Source: an uncultured archaeon (lineage in GTDB: Archaea > Thermoproteota > Bathyarchaeia > Bathyarchaeales > Bathycorpusculaceae). Taken from it: a DNA stretch of 64,000 nt. The position numbers and the translations under genes were made by a program. The DNA lies in the NCBI GenBank assembly GCA_963782915.1, contig CAWALK010000022.1, positions 265,098-329,097 of the forward strand. Reading direction: 5' to 3'. Position 1 is the stretch's first letter, and every line of letters starts with the position of its first letter. The notes under the pieces were generated by a model. The model saw only the letters and a list, made by a program, of their open reading frames with translations, was not told the origin of the DNA and did no database searches. Positions 1 through 9,908 of the stretch are shown one piece after another.

Positions 1-328
1 AGCCACCACACTACTCGAAGTCGCAGCCGTCAACGAACTCCAAGTCACCAAACTCAACCCCCAACAAGCCATCCTACTCGGCTACCACCCCGGGCTCCAA
101 AAGAAAGCTATCATCACCTACACCACCAGCCACGGCCTAAAAGTCTGGTACTGGCACGACAACCCAGAAGAAATCACCGACACAGCATTCCTGAACCAAA
201 CAAGGCAATACCTGATTGACATCGCCAAAGAAAGAGGAATAGAAATCGAAGGCTGGGAAAAAATCCATCCAGCAAAACTGGCGCATATGGTTTTTAGCAA
301 GTTAATCCCGGAGTTAACCAACCAATGA
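1..328 (+). CDS. C-terminal part of a putative archaeal HTH transcriptional regulator (5' end outside window)
   Basis: Open frame from nt 2, not in the ORF track: ATTLLEVAAVNELQVTKLNPQQAILLGYHPGLQKKAIITYTTSHGLKVWYWHD...AKERGIEI...PAKLAHMVFSKLIPELTNQ*. TGA 326-328 overlaps the next ATG (ATGA). Resembles, from memory, the regulator that precedes DUF1673 arrays in Methanosarcina. Confidence 0.6.
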   Translation, partial: ATTLLEVAAVNELQVTKLNPQQAILLGYHPGLQKKAIITYTTSHGLKVWYWHDNPEEITDTAFLNQTRQYLIDIAKERGIEIEGWEKIHPAKLAHMVFSKLIPELTNQ

Positions 329-1052
329 ACACCAAAAGAAGTCTACAGAATCGAATCAGAGGATGGTATCCGCAAGAACCCGCATTAAGCATTATAAAAA
401 ACGCCAGTTCAAAGATGAAAAGAAGAATGACAACTGGGCCCTATGCCCATACTTGGTACCGGGAGCTTTAATGATTTTTGCAGCCCTATTATCAGCAAAC
501 TTTGGACTAACCCTTGTATCCGTGTATGTACAAGGATTTCCTGCAGGAGACACCGTTTTTTACTCAGGTCTCTACATTGGAATCTTGAGCGTAAGCGGGT
601 TTATTTTAGGATTAATCTGCGGAGGTCTCCTGTTAGCGGGAAAGCGCATACACATAGCGGTAACAGGCATAGCTATAATATTCTGTTTTGGGCTTGCGAC
701 GATCATTTTACCAACATTGGAGGGCTTAGGATGGACGAGCGGTTTAATTGTGGCTTCGCCAATGATTGCCTTTCCTGTTATATCGTTAATCCAAGTAGGA
801 TTAAATTCTAAGAAGCTCAAAGCATATAACGCCATTCAGGAACCTAAGCTAACAATCGAAGTGGAATCGCCAATCAATCGAAGACCGGTGGCCGCTGGAT
901 TAGGCGCTGCTGGTTGCGGATTCATCTTAGTAGGATTACTAGTATATTTTATGGCACCCATATTCCCCGGAATGATAAATTCAATTCTGATTGTCACAGG
1001 GGTTTGCTTACTTGTGGTAGCGTACCTCGAAAAGAGAACATACAAACACTGA
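325..1052 (+). CDS. Multi-TM membrane protein with N-terminal RGWYPQEP motif (one frameshift, ~390-440)
   Basis: ATG 325 gives MNTKRSLQNRIRGWYPQEPALS. The hydrophobic body continues in the frame of ORF 363..1052 (~6 TM). Confidence 0.7.
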
Positions 1053-1064
1053 GGCATATAACCG

Positions 1065-1328
1065 ATGAGAAGAACAGAGCCACCGTGTATAGAGACAAAA
1101 GCTAAATTGGACAAGAAAATGCGCAAAGCAGGCATGGCTGCGAATTCAGTGTTATACTTGGGGTTTGGGGGCGTCTACTTTTTGGTAGCTCAACCTGCCT
1201 ATCACTATGACGTGAGCTTGGAAGTGACTACTTTGACTTTAACCAGCTTTGTGGTAACGTTAGCTGCCGTTAATTTTGCGATTTATAGACACTACAAACA
1301 GCGAATACTGACTAAAGGGAGGATTTAG
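1065..1328 (+). CDS. Small 2-TM membrane protein (array member lacking the RGW motif)
   Basis: 87 aa ORF with two hydrophobic stretches, tightly packed in the operon. Confidence 0.6.
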   Translation: MRRTEPPCIETKAKLDKKMRKAGMAANSVLYLGFGGVYFLVAQPAYHYDVSLEVTTLTLTSFVVTLAAVNFAIYRHYKQRILTKGRI

Positions 1329-1330
1329 AG

Positions 1331-1879
1331 ATGGGGTTAAAGCAGCGTTCAAAAGAATTCTTCAGGGGCTGGTTTCCACAAGAACCGATGTTACCAAGAG
1401 GCTTCACTTCAAACTCATCAAACCTTGAGGGCAATACTCTGCCCACCGAAAAAGAGTTCATGTCTCTTCGATTGCAACACAAAAAAATCTACATTCCCGT
1501 TGCCGCCTTCTTCCTGTCAAGCATGATGCTTTGTCTTTATTTGCTGATTAACCGATTAATCGACGAAGAATTAGCATTCGCAGGTCTGATGACAATTCTA
1601 ATTGGGCTGCTTTACAATGGCCTTGCATTGGACGTTTACATAAAGAGAAAAACGGCTCTGCGCGCTACGATTGACAAGATGGTCTTGCCCGTCATCACCA
1701 GCGCAACTCTAGCTATCGCCGGTCTTTGGATTTTAGCCAGTGCAAATCTAGTAAGCTTCAAGGATCTTGCTTTCCCGATTTTAATCATTGGTTTTTCAGT
1801 TTACGCATATCATTTTATCGTTGATTCTTCGGCTAAATCGAAGATACGTCAGCAAAAGCGAGCGGAGTTACGATTATGA
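1331..1879 (+). CDS. 4-TM membrane protein with N-terminal RGWFPQEP motif
   Basis: MGLKQRSKEFFRGWFPQEP; hydrophobic segments; ATGA overlap with the next gene. Confidence 0.8.
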   Translation: MGLKQRSKEFFRGWFPQEPMLPRGFTSNSSNLEGNTLPTEKEFMSLRLQHKKIYIPVAAFFLSSMMLCLYLLINRLIDEELAFAGLMTILIGLLYNGLALDVYIKRKTALRATIDKMVLPVITSATLAIAGLWILASANLVSFKDLAFPILIIGFSVYAYHFIVDSSAKSKIRQQKRAELRL

Positions 1880-2973
1880 ATGAAAAGAAAAACCTGTGGT
1901 CGCACCTCAGAGGCTGGTTCCCTCAAGAACCAGTTCTAAAAGTTCCTCAGATTCATTTCCTCATAAAACAGTCCAGTAAACCGTGGAATCTGAGCAAAAA
2001 CATCAGTAGTTTCTTTTATGGACAATTATTGCTTGGTTCATTCATCATAAACTTGTTCATGGTTAGTTCAACAAACGAATTTCTTGCCCTTATCTTGTCC
2101 TGCTTCATAGTTGCATTCATTGGGATAACTGTTTACAATTTACGAAAATACCACGGATTACAAGATTTACTCAGCGGCGGTTTGTTTGCAGCGTCTATTG
2201 GAGTAGTAATTGTCAGTGCCTTCCTTTTTTCGCTTAAGACCTTAAGCGCAACGAACAGTATAATATTAGTAATTTTCAGTATGGCTGTTTTTACAATATT
2301 ATATGCTCTGGTACAAAGTGCTGGGAAGATAGGAATACGCCTTCCCCATAAGGCAATGGTTTTTTCTCTTGCTTTAATCGGCATTATCGCTCTCGTGCCA
2401 TCATTATCTGTAGCTTATCATGACGAAGACAAAACCGAAGTAACCCATCAACAAAATATTTTCAGCGAATATTTCAATCTAAGTAGACAACTTCCCGATG
2501 AAGTCGTCAACATCAACTTGACCACCGCTGACAAAATTGAGATTGACATGACCAAACAGCATGGCGCAAACGTAGACTCTTATGCCAGCATTGTTTTTAC
2601 GGTTAGTGACCGGAATCTAAGTTCCAGCGCAAAAATCTATTTTTCTTCAAACACCATCGACAGCTGGTTTACTCAAACTTGGACTCCACCCCAAAACGGA
2701 ACTTACGTGTTCACCCTTCATTTTAATCATATAGCCTCAAATTACGTTTGGGTAGGTGTAACTAGGGTTTGGTCAACGATTGAAATGAGACCATCGGTGG
2801 TTGCAAGGCCTCTGCTTGCCCAGTTCATGGCACCCACATTGATTCTTGCAGCTGCTTTACTCGCCGCTAGTGTCGCAATTCCAATCCGAAGCCTCAAAGG
2901 ACCAAACTTCAGAGGGGCAATTAAGCAGAAATGGAAGGAGACATGGTTGCAATGGAAAAAAAGCTATTTCTAA
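1876..2973 (+). CDS. Multi-TM membrane protein with extracellular beta-rich domain and N-terminal RGWFPQEP motif
   Basis: MNEKKNLWSHLRGWFPQEP; ~5 TM, then a soluble domain (WTPPQNGTYVFTL) and a C-terminal TM. Confidence 0.8.
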   Translation: MNEKKNLWSHLRGWFPQEPVLKVPQIHFLIKQSSKPWNLSKNISSFFYGQLLLGSFIINLFMVSSTNEFLALILSCFIVAFIGITVYNLRKYHGLQDLLSGGLFAASIGVVIVSAFLFSLKTLSATNSIILVIFSMAVFTILYALVQSAGKIGIRLPHKAMVFSLALIGIIALVPSLSVAYHDEDKTEVTHQQNIFSEYFNLSRQLPDEVVNINLTTADKIEIDMTKQHGANVDSYASIVFTVSDRNLSSSAKIYFSSNTIDSWFTQTWTPPQNGTYVFTLHFNHIASNYVWVGVTRVWSTIEMRPSVVARPLLAQFMAPTLILAAALLAASVAIPIRSLKGPNFRGAIKQKWKETWLQWKKSYF

Positions 2974-3317
2974 GGGCCATCATTAGAGGTTGGCTTCCAA
3001 AGGATCAATCTTTCCAAAACATAGCCTGTGAAACCAAGAAGCCAACAAAGATTAACCAAAGCCCAAAAAATAACGAAAACGAAGACAGACCCATGACGAA
3101 GGGACAGATAAGAGCATTAACAGTACTGGGCATAGCGAACATAATTATGCTTATCAGTTACTCAAGCTATCTTGTCATCTACCTGATTACGCCCAGCCTT
3201 TGGAGCTCTACGCTCGGTTTCAGCTTGTGGGTTTTTATTGTGTTCTCACTGCTTTTCGTTAACTTTTTGCTGTACATGAACTACAAGAGGCAGACAAGAA
3301 TGGCGGAGGGTGTGTAA
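2952..3317 (+). CDS. 2-TM membrane protein with N-terminal RGWLPKDQ motif
   Basis: ATG 2952 gives MEKKLFLRAIIRGWLPKDQ, which places the motif at residue 12 as in the neighbours. Confidence 0.75.
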   Translation: MEKKLFLRAIIRGWLPKDQSFQNIACETKKPTKINQSPKNNENEDRPMTKGQIRALTVLGIANIIMLISYSSYLVIYLITPSLWSSTLGFSLWVFIVFSLLFVNFLLYMNYKRQTRMAEGV

Positions 3318-3319
3318 GA

Positions 3320-3622
3320 TTGGATTTGGATCGCTTGCAGAATCGTCTCAGAGGCTGGCTTCCCAAAGAGCCAACGCTCCAAGTCCATCAAACACGGATA
3401 GACCAAGAGAATTCGCTTATGGTTCGATGGATGGCAAGAGCCATTGTTGTGGGGGCCGTTGCAAGCGGATTGCTGGGAGTTTTCGGGGCAGAGGCAGGTT
3501 TAGACCGCGGAGTCGGCGGATATGCTTGGTCCACGTTAGTGATAGTAATTGCTCCAGTTGCAGTGGCGGTTGCCGCTGTTTTTGGCAAACGAAAAATGAA
3601 GCAGCAAAAGCGGACTTGGTAA
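3320..3622 (+). CDS. 2-TM membrane protein with N-terminal RGWLPKEP motif
   Basis: TTG start after GGAGG; MDLDRLQNRLRGWLPKEP. Confidence 0.75.
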   Translation: MDLDRLQNRLRGWLPKEPTLQVHQTRIDQENSLMVRWMARAIVVGAVASGLLGVFGAEAGLDRGVGGYAWSTLVIVIAPVAVAVAAVFGKRKMKQQKRTW

Positions 3623-3631
3623 TGTCTGAAG

Positions 3632-5845
3632 TTATTGCTTAATTGTTATTTCGAATTTTGCGCCCTTATTGGGTAAGCCGTTTTCTTGTATTGACCAACC
3701 GTAAACTTCAACCATTTTTTTGATAAGACGCAAACCTAAACCTGAACCGTTGCCTGTAGTGAAGCCTTCTGTGAAAAGCTTCGGCTTATTAACCTCCGAT
3801 ATGCCAACGCCGTTGTCCTCATAGAACAGTTTTACGCCGCCGTCTTCAAGTTTGGCGAAATGCACTTTTATCTGGGTTACTTTTACGCCATGCTTCAACG
3901 AATTATCTAAGAGGTTATAGAAGAGTTGTCTTAGCAGCGAATCAGCCATCACCGATAAGCCCCCGAATTCATTAACGATTTCTACTCCAACCAGATTTGG
4001 CATCAGAGAAACTGCCTCGTTGAAGCATTCCTCAACATTAACTTGCGTTAACTGTTCAGCACCGATTTTCTCGTATAATCGGCTAAATTCAAGCAGCTTA
4101 TCCGATGAATTAACGGCTGCGTTGATTGAATCAAGATACTTCGCCAATTCGGAGTCGTTGGCAACGCGTTTTTTTAGCAAGTAAACATTAGCGCTTATGA
4201 TTGAGAGCTTATTTTTTACGTCATGGCGGGTTAAGCCACCGACGACGCGGAGTTTTTCATTCATTGTTCGTATTTTTCGGCTGCTTTCTTTGAGTTCCTC
4301 TTGAGCTCTCTTGTGTTGGCTTGTATCGCGTATTATCATGCTTACACTTGAGTTACCGTTGGGTTCCGTGAAGCGGGTGGATGTTAGGTCTCCTTCGAAT
4401 TCGGATCCGTCTTTGCGCCTAAAGGTTAACTCGGCTTTGGCTTGACCTGTTGTCTCACGTTCCCTAATAGCAGATTTGGCTCGGTCGTCAAGAACCATTA
4501 TGCCATCGCGGCCAACTTGGGTAAGTTCTTGTTCATTCCAGCCGAACATGCGACAAGCCGTGGGGTTAGCAGAAACAATTTGGCCAGATGGCTTCATGAG
4601 CACAACAGCGTCGTAGCTGTTGTCGTAGAGGGCTCGGAAATGCTCTTCACTGCGCCTAAGTGCTTCTTCAGCCCTCTTACGCTTCGTTATGTCACGTTCC
4701 ATAGAGAGGAACCAAATGTCCGAGCCAATCTTCACAGCCTTTACAGAAGCCTCAACATCAATGGTTGAACCGTCTTTTCGCCGTTGTGTTGTTTCAAAGG
4801 AATACTTGTTTTTTAGTTTAAGATTTTGAACTAGGCGTTCAGTTTTTGGCATGTCTGCTGAATCATCGATAAAAGAGATTGGTTTACCGATTAACTCATC
4901 TTTTGTGTAACCGAGAGCACGGAGGGCTGCAGAGTTGGCGTCGTGAATGATTGGAAGCTTACCGAAGGGAATCTCCATCAGCAGTATGTAGTCGGCGGCT
5001 TGCTCAAACAGTGCCCGGTATCGTTCTTCGCTAATCCGCAAAGCTTCCTGAATGAGTTTACGCTCGCTTATGTCTCGTTCAATAGCAATTGCCCAGATTT
5101 CCGACCCAAAATTTATGGCTTTAATGTGCACTTCAACGTTAAACAATGAGCCATCCTTTCGTTTATGAAAGGTTTCGAAGTGGACTGATTTGCCCTGTTT
5201 AACGTCACAAGCGATTTGGTTTATTTTTTGCTCATCAAAATAGCCGTCGACATATGTTATTGGTTTCCCGAATAGTTCATCCATTGAGTAGCCATGAACA
5301 TTCAAGGCTGCTGTGTTTGCATCCCGTATTATAGGCGGACCATCAGTGGGATACTCTAACACTAAAATATAATCTGCAGCCTGATCCATCAACGCCCGAT
5401 AATGCTTCTCACGCTCTTCTAAGGCATGTTTGGTTCTACGTTCATCTGTAACCATTTTTATGCCATGAACAAGTTCGCCGAAAACAGTTTCGGTCGAGCC
5501 ATGCTTGTTATAGTATCCGTCGGCTCCTAGATTTAGAGCGGTTATCGCGACCTCTTCTCGGCCCTTGCCAGTGAATAACATAAAGGCAACATCGTTTTTT
5601 TGGCTACGCAACTCTTTGAGAAATTGCAAGCCATCCTTCTGGGGCAATTCGTAATCACATACGATTACATCGTAGGGTTTTGTTTTGATTTTCTCTGAGG
5701 CTTCTTCGGCGTTCAATGCGCAATCGACTTCAAAGTCGCCGCTGATTTTTATTATCTGTTTTGAGATCAGCAAAAAGTCAGAGTCATCGTCAACAAACAA
5801 AATACGAATCGGGGTTGGCGAAGAAAAGGTCTTGGTATTATTCAT
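3632..5845 (-). CDS. Hybrid sensor histidine kinase (REC-PAS x3-HisKA-HATPase)
   Basis: ILFVDDD...VCDYELP receiver; three PAS/PAC repeats (RKDGS...ERDI); RHDVKNKL H-box; NLLDNSLKHG, DNGVG and GSGLGL boxes. Confidence 0.93.
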   Translation of the reverse strand: MNNTKTFSSPTPIRILFVDDDSDFLLISKQIIKISGDFEVDCALNAEEASEKIKTKPYDVIVCDYELPQKDGLQFLKELRSQKNDVAFMLFTGKGREEVAITALNLGADGYYNKHGSTETVFGELVHGIKMVTDERRTKHALEEREKHYRALMDQAADYILVLEYPTDGPPIIRDANTAALNVHGYSMDELFGKPITYVDGYFDEQKINQIACDVKQGKSVHFETFHKRKDGSLFNVEVHIKAINFGSEIWAIAIERDISERKLIQEALRISEERYRALFEQAADYILLMEIPFGKLPIIHDANSAALRALGYTKDELIGKPISFIDDSADMPKTERLVQNLKLKNKYSFETTQRRKDGSTIDVEASVKAVKIGSDIWFLSMERDITKRKRAEEALRRSEEHFRALYDNSYDAVVLMKPSGQIVSANPTACRMFGWNEQELTQVGRDGIMVLDDRAKSAIRERETTGQAKAELTFRRKDGSEFEGDLTSTRFTEPNGNSSVSMIIRDTSQHKRAQEELKESSRKIRTMNEKLRVVGGLTRHDVKNKLSIISANVYLLKKRVANDSELAKYLDSINAAVNSSDKLLEFSRLYEKIGAEQLTQVNVEECFNEAVSLMPNLVGVEIVNEFGGLSVMADSLLRQLFYNLLDNSLKHGVKVTQIKVHFAKLEDGGVKLFYEDNGVGISEVNKPKLFTEGFTTGNGSGLGLRLIKKMVEVYGWSIQENGLPNKGAKFEITIKQ

Positions 5846-5857
5846 CGGTTATTACTA

Positions 5858-6172
5858 TTACCTACCTTGTAATGGGACCAAGTTGACCCCATGATTGATT
5901 TCTTCTGCTGAAACCCGTGCACCCTCAGAGAGGTACCTAAAGACACGAATTCCTCGGGAGGTATTTTTGTATACTATGCCATTGCTGACACTTCTTGGTT
6001 GTACCAGACGTTGCTGTTCTAAGAATTTCATTGCAGCTGACAGAATTGGTCTATCGATTTTTGTTATGCCCTGAATCGCTTTGATATTGAGCGATTGTGC
6101 TTCCCCTAGAGTCTTGAGTACTTCGACATAAAGCTCTAATCTGGATTGTTTTTGGTTGCTCAAGTCTTTCAC
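5858..6172 (-). CDS. Archaeal winged-helix DNA-binding protein
   Basis: SRLELYVEVLKTL...LEQQRLV...YKNTSRG pattern. Confidence 0.7.
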   Translation of the reverse strand: MKDLSNQKQSRLELYVEVLKTLGEAQSLNIKAIQGITKIDRPILSAAMKFLEQQRLVQPRSVSNGIVYKNTSRGIRVFRYLSEGARVSAEEINHGVNLVPLQGR

Positions 6173-6468
6173 AGACTCTCGTATGGCTGTTGTACAATTA
6201 AATGATTATGTGTGTGTGCCTCTCCACTTACAGGCAAGCGATGAATCAAAAGCTAAGCGGCCCCCAAAATTAGGTTGCAACAGCAAGCAATCACTCATAT
6301 GTTTACCATACCAAAAAGTTCCCCCGCTTTTAGAGGTTTCTTACCAAAAAGCTAGCCGTTAGAGAGTAGCCTCAACGTTTTTTTGCCATAAAAATTGGCA
6401 TAATATAGAACGACACAACAGAATTGGGACTAAACATTTCACCGATCAATCCGTCTGGCTTCGTTCAT

Positions 6469-7737
6469 CTACAGCTTTAGTGCTTCGCCCTCTTGCCAAA
6501 GACTCTCAAAAGCCCTACGCAATATACCCACATGCATCTGATCATTAGTCCACAGGAAACGAGCATTCATTTTTCCAGATTTAGTTTCGCCCCAAAGCGC
6601 TTCTTTTCGGTCAACCACAAGCAGCTTGAACGGAGTCTTATCCACACACTTTAGATCAACGCTGCAGTTGGCTTTGGATGATAATAAGCGAAGGCGTCTT
6701 AGAAAATCAGTGTAATCCGTTGAATCCACATCCGCTAAATCGCCTTTGTTTATGATGGTGCGAATTTCCATTTGCCCCTCAGTCGGGTCTTCCTTTGATT
6801 TTGCAATAAGGATTTTTTCTAACTCATCCGTGGAAGCAGTGAACATCAGGGAGTTGCGTGTTTTCTTAATCATCTGGGCAATGCGTTTTTCAACATTATC
6901 CTGACGAGCTAATGCTTCTATGGTGTTCTCTTCATAGACGCCAAAAGAAGTATTCGATAATCGAGAGATAAGATCATCTTTTTTCAGCTTGAGTGCGTCT
7001 ATCTCTCGTTTCATTATGTCTGTTTTCACTTTTTCCAGGAGTTCAACAGAAGTTAATGGATCGGTTGCCATGAATCTTCGAGGCGCATCCAGTTTGCTGG
7101 TAACGATTCCAGTTTCTTCTAATTCGGGTAGGATGCGGTAGACTTCTTCTCGTCGAATTTTAGATAGTGAAGCAATCTCTGAAGCAGTTGCTGCTCCCAA
7201 GACGTTTAGTGCTATGTAGATTCGGGCTTTGGTTTTGTTGAGGCCGAAACTGGCGAATATTGTTGCGATTTCATCGGCGAATTTGTTGTATTCGTTTAAT
7301 TGGACTTTGCTGATTCTTAGTTTGACCCATTGGTCGAGGTTTTTTTCTGTGCGTGTTTTTTTGTCGCGTTCTTGAAGTCGGTCTTTAATGTTTTTGAGCA
7401 GTATGGTGAAGTCGACTGGTTTTGTGAAGAATGCGTTGGCGCCTGTGTTGAGTGCTTTTATGGCGTTTTCTGTGGAGGCTTGACCTGACACCATGATTTT
7501 TACGGATGTTGGGTCGCTTTTTTGTAGTTCAGCGAGCAATTCGGTGCCTTCCATGTCGGGTAGGCGTATGTCGATGAGGAATACATCGAAGTAGGCTGTT
7601 TTTGCTTTTGCTAGGGCTTCTTGGGCGGTGGCGGCTGTGTCAGTTATGTATCCTTCAAGTTGCAAGATTTTTGAGAAAACCCGCAGTATATCGGTGTCAT
7701 CGTCTATTATGAGTATTCGGTATGATCGTTGGGTCAT
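6469..7737 (-). CDS. Response regulator fused to a TrmB-family transcription factor
   Basis: N-terminal REC (ILIIDDD, IDIRLPDMEG, FTKP); TrmB wHTH (FGLNKTKARIYIAL...IRREEVYRILPELEETG); C-terminal effector domain (LVVDRKEAL, WTND). Start taken at MTQRSY. Confidence 0.85.
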   Translation of the reverse strand: MTQRSYRILIIDDDTDILRVFSKILQLEGYITDTAATAQEALAKAKTAYFDVFLIDIRLPDMEGTELLAELQKSDPTSVKIMVSGQASTENAIKALNTGANAFFTKPVDFTILLKNIKDRLQERDKKTRTEKNLDQWVKLRISKVQLNEYNKFADEIATIFASFGLNKTKARIYIALNVLGAATASEIASLSKIRREEVYRILPELEETGIVTSKLDAPRRFMATDPLTSVELLEKVKTDIMKREIDALKLKKDDLISRLSNTSFGVYEENTIEALARQDNVEKRIAQMIKKTRNSLMFTASTDELEKILIAKSKEDPTEGQMEIRTIINKGDLADVDSTDYTDFLRRLRLLSSKANCSVDLKCVDKTPFKLLVVDRKEALWGETKSGKMNARFLWTNDQMHVGILRRAFESLWQEGEALKL

Positions 7738-8105
7738 AGATACTAATCCTTGAAGCCTTGCAGCCATGCCATGGGTTACAGACAGGAGAGCAGTAGCACG
7801 TCTTTCGCCTTAAGATACATATAATACTTGTTGTCAAAAATTAACCATAGAAGCAGGAAAATCAACGTAAAAACAGGCATGATTGAGCTAAATGACTAGT
7901 TTTTGGTGCTGAGGTTTGGATTTGGAGTCTTATGAACAGGTGGGGCTCTTTTGTTGTTCTTGTTTGTTTTTTCTATAGCAGATAATGGCGGGAGCGCCTA
8001 TACTCTTCTTCCTGTGACCTTGGCGTGGCGGCTGCTTTTCAGTTTCTGCGTTTTGTGACGATTGCACGCTGGTTGTGCAGACTTCCTCAACCAGAACGGC
8101 TACTT

Positions 8106-8468
8106 CTATTGATTATCCTCGATTTCCATAGCTTCCCGAATTAACTCGACCTCACGCACAGTCAAAGGCTTGTTGGTAGCCCTCAAGACCAAACGTTCCT
8201 GCCAGCCGCAGTCGGGACACTCATAACTCGGTGGCAGCATTCCCAAATGGCCCCACATGTCTCCGCCCGTACTTTTTGCCCGCCTCACTTTTGGGCTTTT
8301 GCATTTGGGGCAAACCTGAATGTCTAAGCGAACGCCCTGCTTCTCAAGTTCTTCCAGTGCCTGCGTTACTTCAACGGCGTTTTGAACCGCAGTTTCTTCC
8401 TGCACCTGCTCCAAAGCCGTAAGCTGCTGTTTTTTTCGTTTTTTCTTCTGAACCTGCGTTTCAGCCAT
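8106..8468 (-). CDS. Small zinc-ribbon protein
   Basis: CPKC...CPDC pairs. Confidence 0.7.
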   Translation of the reverse strand: MAETQVQKKKRKKQQLTALEQVQEETAVQNAVEVTQALEELEKQGVRLDIQVCPKCKSPKVRRAKSTGGDMWGHLGMLPPSYECPDCGWQERLVLRATNKPLTVREVELIREAMEIEDNQ

Positions 8469-8602
8469 ATCATATTCGCCTTTATTAGGCATGAATAGGC
8501 TGTAAGCTAAAGAAAGGGTTTCTGGTACAAGACTTTACTTTTAGTACAGTGGTTTACAGAATATGATAAATAGCGGGACAGGGAACGTTTGCATGATACA
8601 GT

Positions 8603-9250
8603 TTGAACCAGAAAGTCGCTTTAGCCGTTGTTCTCACTGCGCTGACGCTCAGCGTATGTTTTATTGCGGCAGCCTCGGCGTCCGATAGGCCGTACTTTTT
8701 CAGCGACATCCAACATATCGGCAGCTTGCAAGAACTGTCAGCATCAATCCCTATCGTCGTCGGCACAACCCTGCATAGCAATCCCCTTGACCAACCGACA
8801 AGACATGAAATATACAGCTACATCAAAGATAATCCAGGCGTACATTTCAGAGGTATATGTGATGGGCTGGGCTTATCGGTGGGTGTAGTACAGTACCACC
8901 TTAACGTGCTTGAGCATGCAGGCCTAATCAACACAGTTACGGATGGGCAAAACAAGAGATATTTGGAGCACAGCGCCTTCACAAAAACCGATGTCCAGCT
9001 AACTGTGCTGATGAGGCATAACACCACCGCCAAAATTCTGGTAATTTTAGCTCAAAACGGGTCAGCCCTGCATAGAGACATAGCATGCTGTTTGGGTATT
9101 TCGTCTCAGGCATTAACTTGGCAGATGAATCAACTCAAAAACGAAGGAATAGTCAGCGCTGAAAAAGCCGGCGTAAACGTTAGGTACAGCTTGATTGATG
9201 CAGAAGTAGGTAAACTAATCGTTGACTTAAACCATCAATTCAAAAATTGA
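8603..9250 (+). CDS. Double winged-HTH regulator (COG3398-like) with N-terminal hydrophobic segment
   Basis: TRHEIYSYIKDNPGVHFRGICDGLGLSVGVVQYHL and a second HTH (ISSQALTWQMNQL). Confidence 0.8.
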   Translation: MNQKVALAVVLTALTLSVCFIAAASASDRPYFFSDIQHIGSLQELSASIPIVVGTTLHSNPLDQPTRHEIYSYIKDNPGVHFRGICDGLGLSVGVVQYHLNVLEHAGLINTVTDGQNKRYLEHSAFTKTDVQLTVLMRHNTTAKILVILAQNGSALHRDIACCLGISSQALTWQMNQLKNEGIVSAEKAGVNVRYSLIDAEVGKLIVDLNHQFKN

Positions 9251-9255
9251 TTTTT

Positions 9256-9300
9256 GCTACCGCGGTAAGATTTGAACCCACATACCCATGCGGGATAAGC
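9256..9300 (-). repeat. Degenerate copy of the tRNA-Leu 3' half (att-like remnant)
   Basis: 9269-9299 GATTTGAACCCACATACCCATGCGGGATAAG vs 9924-9954 GATTTGAACCCACGAACCCCTGCGGGATAGG: 27/31 identical, same orientation. Confidence 0.7.
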
Positions 9301-9394
9301 TCACCACTTATTTTATAGACCATTGAGGTCCGCTTAGTCGTTATTATCCATTTAGTTGCAGTAAAGAGAAAGCTTAAGAATTTCCTAAACCATA

Positions 9395-9607
9395 ATGCAA
9401 GATATGCTTAGTTATAGGGTAATAATAGAGAAAGACGAAGACGGCGTCTTTGTCGGCAGGGTTCCAGATTTACCTGGTTGTGCTACCGAGGGAAAAACAC
9501 GAGAGGAGCTTATGAAAAATGTTAAGGAAGCAATCCAGGCATATCTTGAAGCTCTAAAGCAGCATGGCGATCCAGTGCCGATTGAAACGGTGCAAGTCAG
9601 TGTCTAA
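9395..9607 (+). CDS. hicB: HicB-family antitoxin
   Basis: YRVIIEKDEDGVFVGRVPDLPGCATEGKTREELMKNVKEAIQAYL. Confidence 0.9.
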   Translation: MQDMLSYRVIIEKDEDGVFVGRVPDLPGCATEGKTREELMKNVKEAIQAYLEALKQHGDPVPIETVQVSV

Positions 9608-9856
9608 ATTAGCATCTGTCGATTATGATAAGGCAATTAAGGTTCTTCTAAAGATTGGTTATGCTGTTACCCATCAGAAAGGCAGTCATGTAGTTATGCG
9701 GCTCGTGGATAGTCAGAAGTATATTTCTTTGTTTGGCTGTAGAAAAAACGAGACTATGGTGGTTATTCCAGCACATAAGCCACTTGGAAAGGTATGCTTC
9801 GCACTATTATCAAAGAAATTGATCTTTCAGTTGAGGAATTCAACAAGCTTCTTTGA
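9600..9856 (+). CDS. hicA: HicA-family mRNA interferase toxin (1-nt frameshift at ~9790)
   Basis: GTG 9600 gives MSKLASV...GYAVTHQKGSHVVM...VVIPAHKPLGK, then GMLRTIIKEIDLSVEEFNKLL* in the adjacent frame. Confidence 0.85.
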
Positions 9857-9908
9857 GCACTCCGACTGATTATTCACTTGATGTTAATTTTTTTAAAAAG
9901 TAGTGTAA

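Noticed and set aside
345-3376. RGW-motif DNA as integron attC-like or shufflon recombination sites
   Set aside because: Variation is concentrated at synonymous positions, there is no palindromic structure and no recombinase in the window. Conservation is at the protein level.
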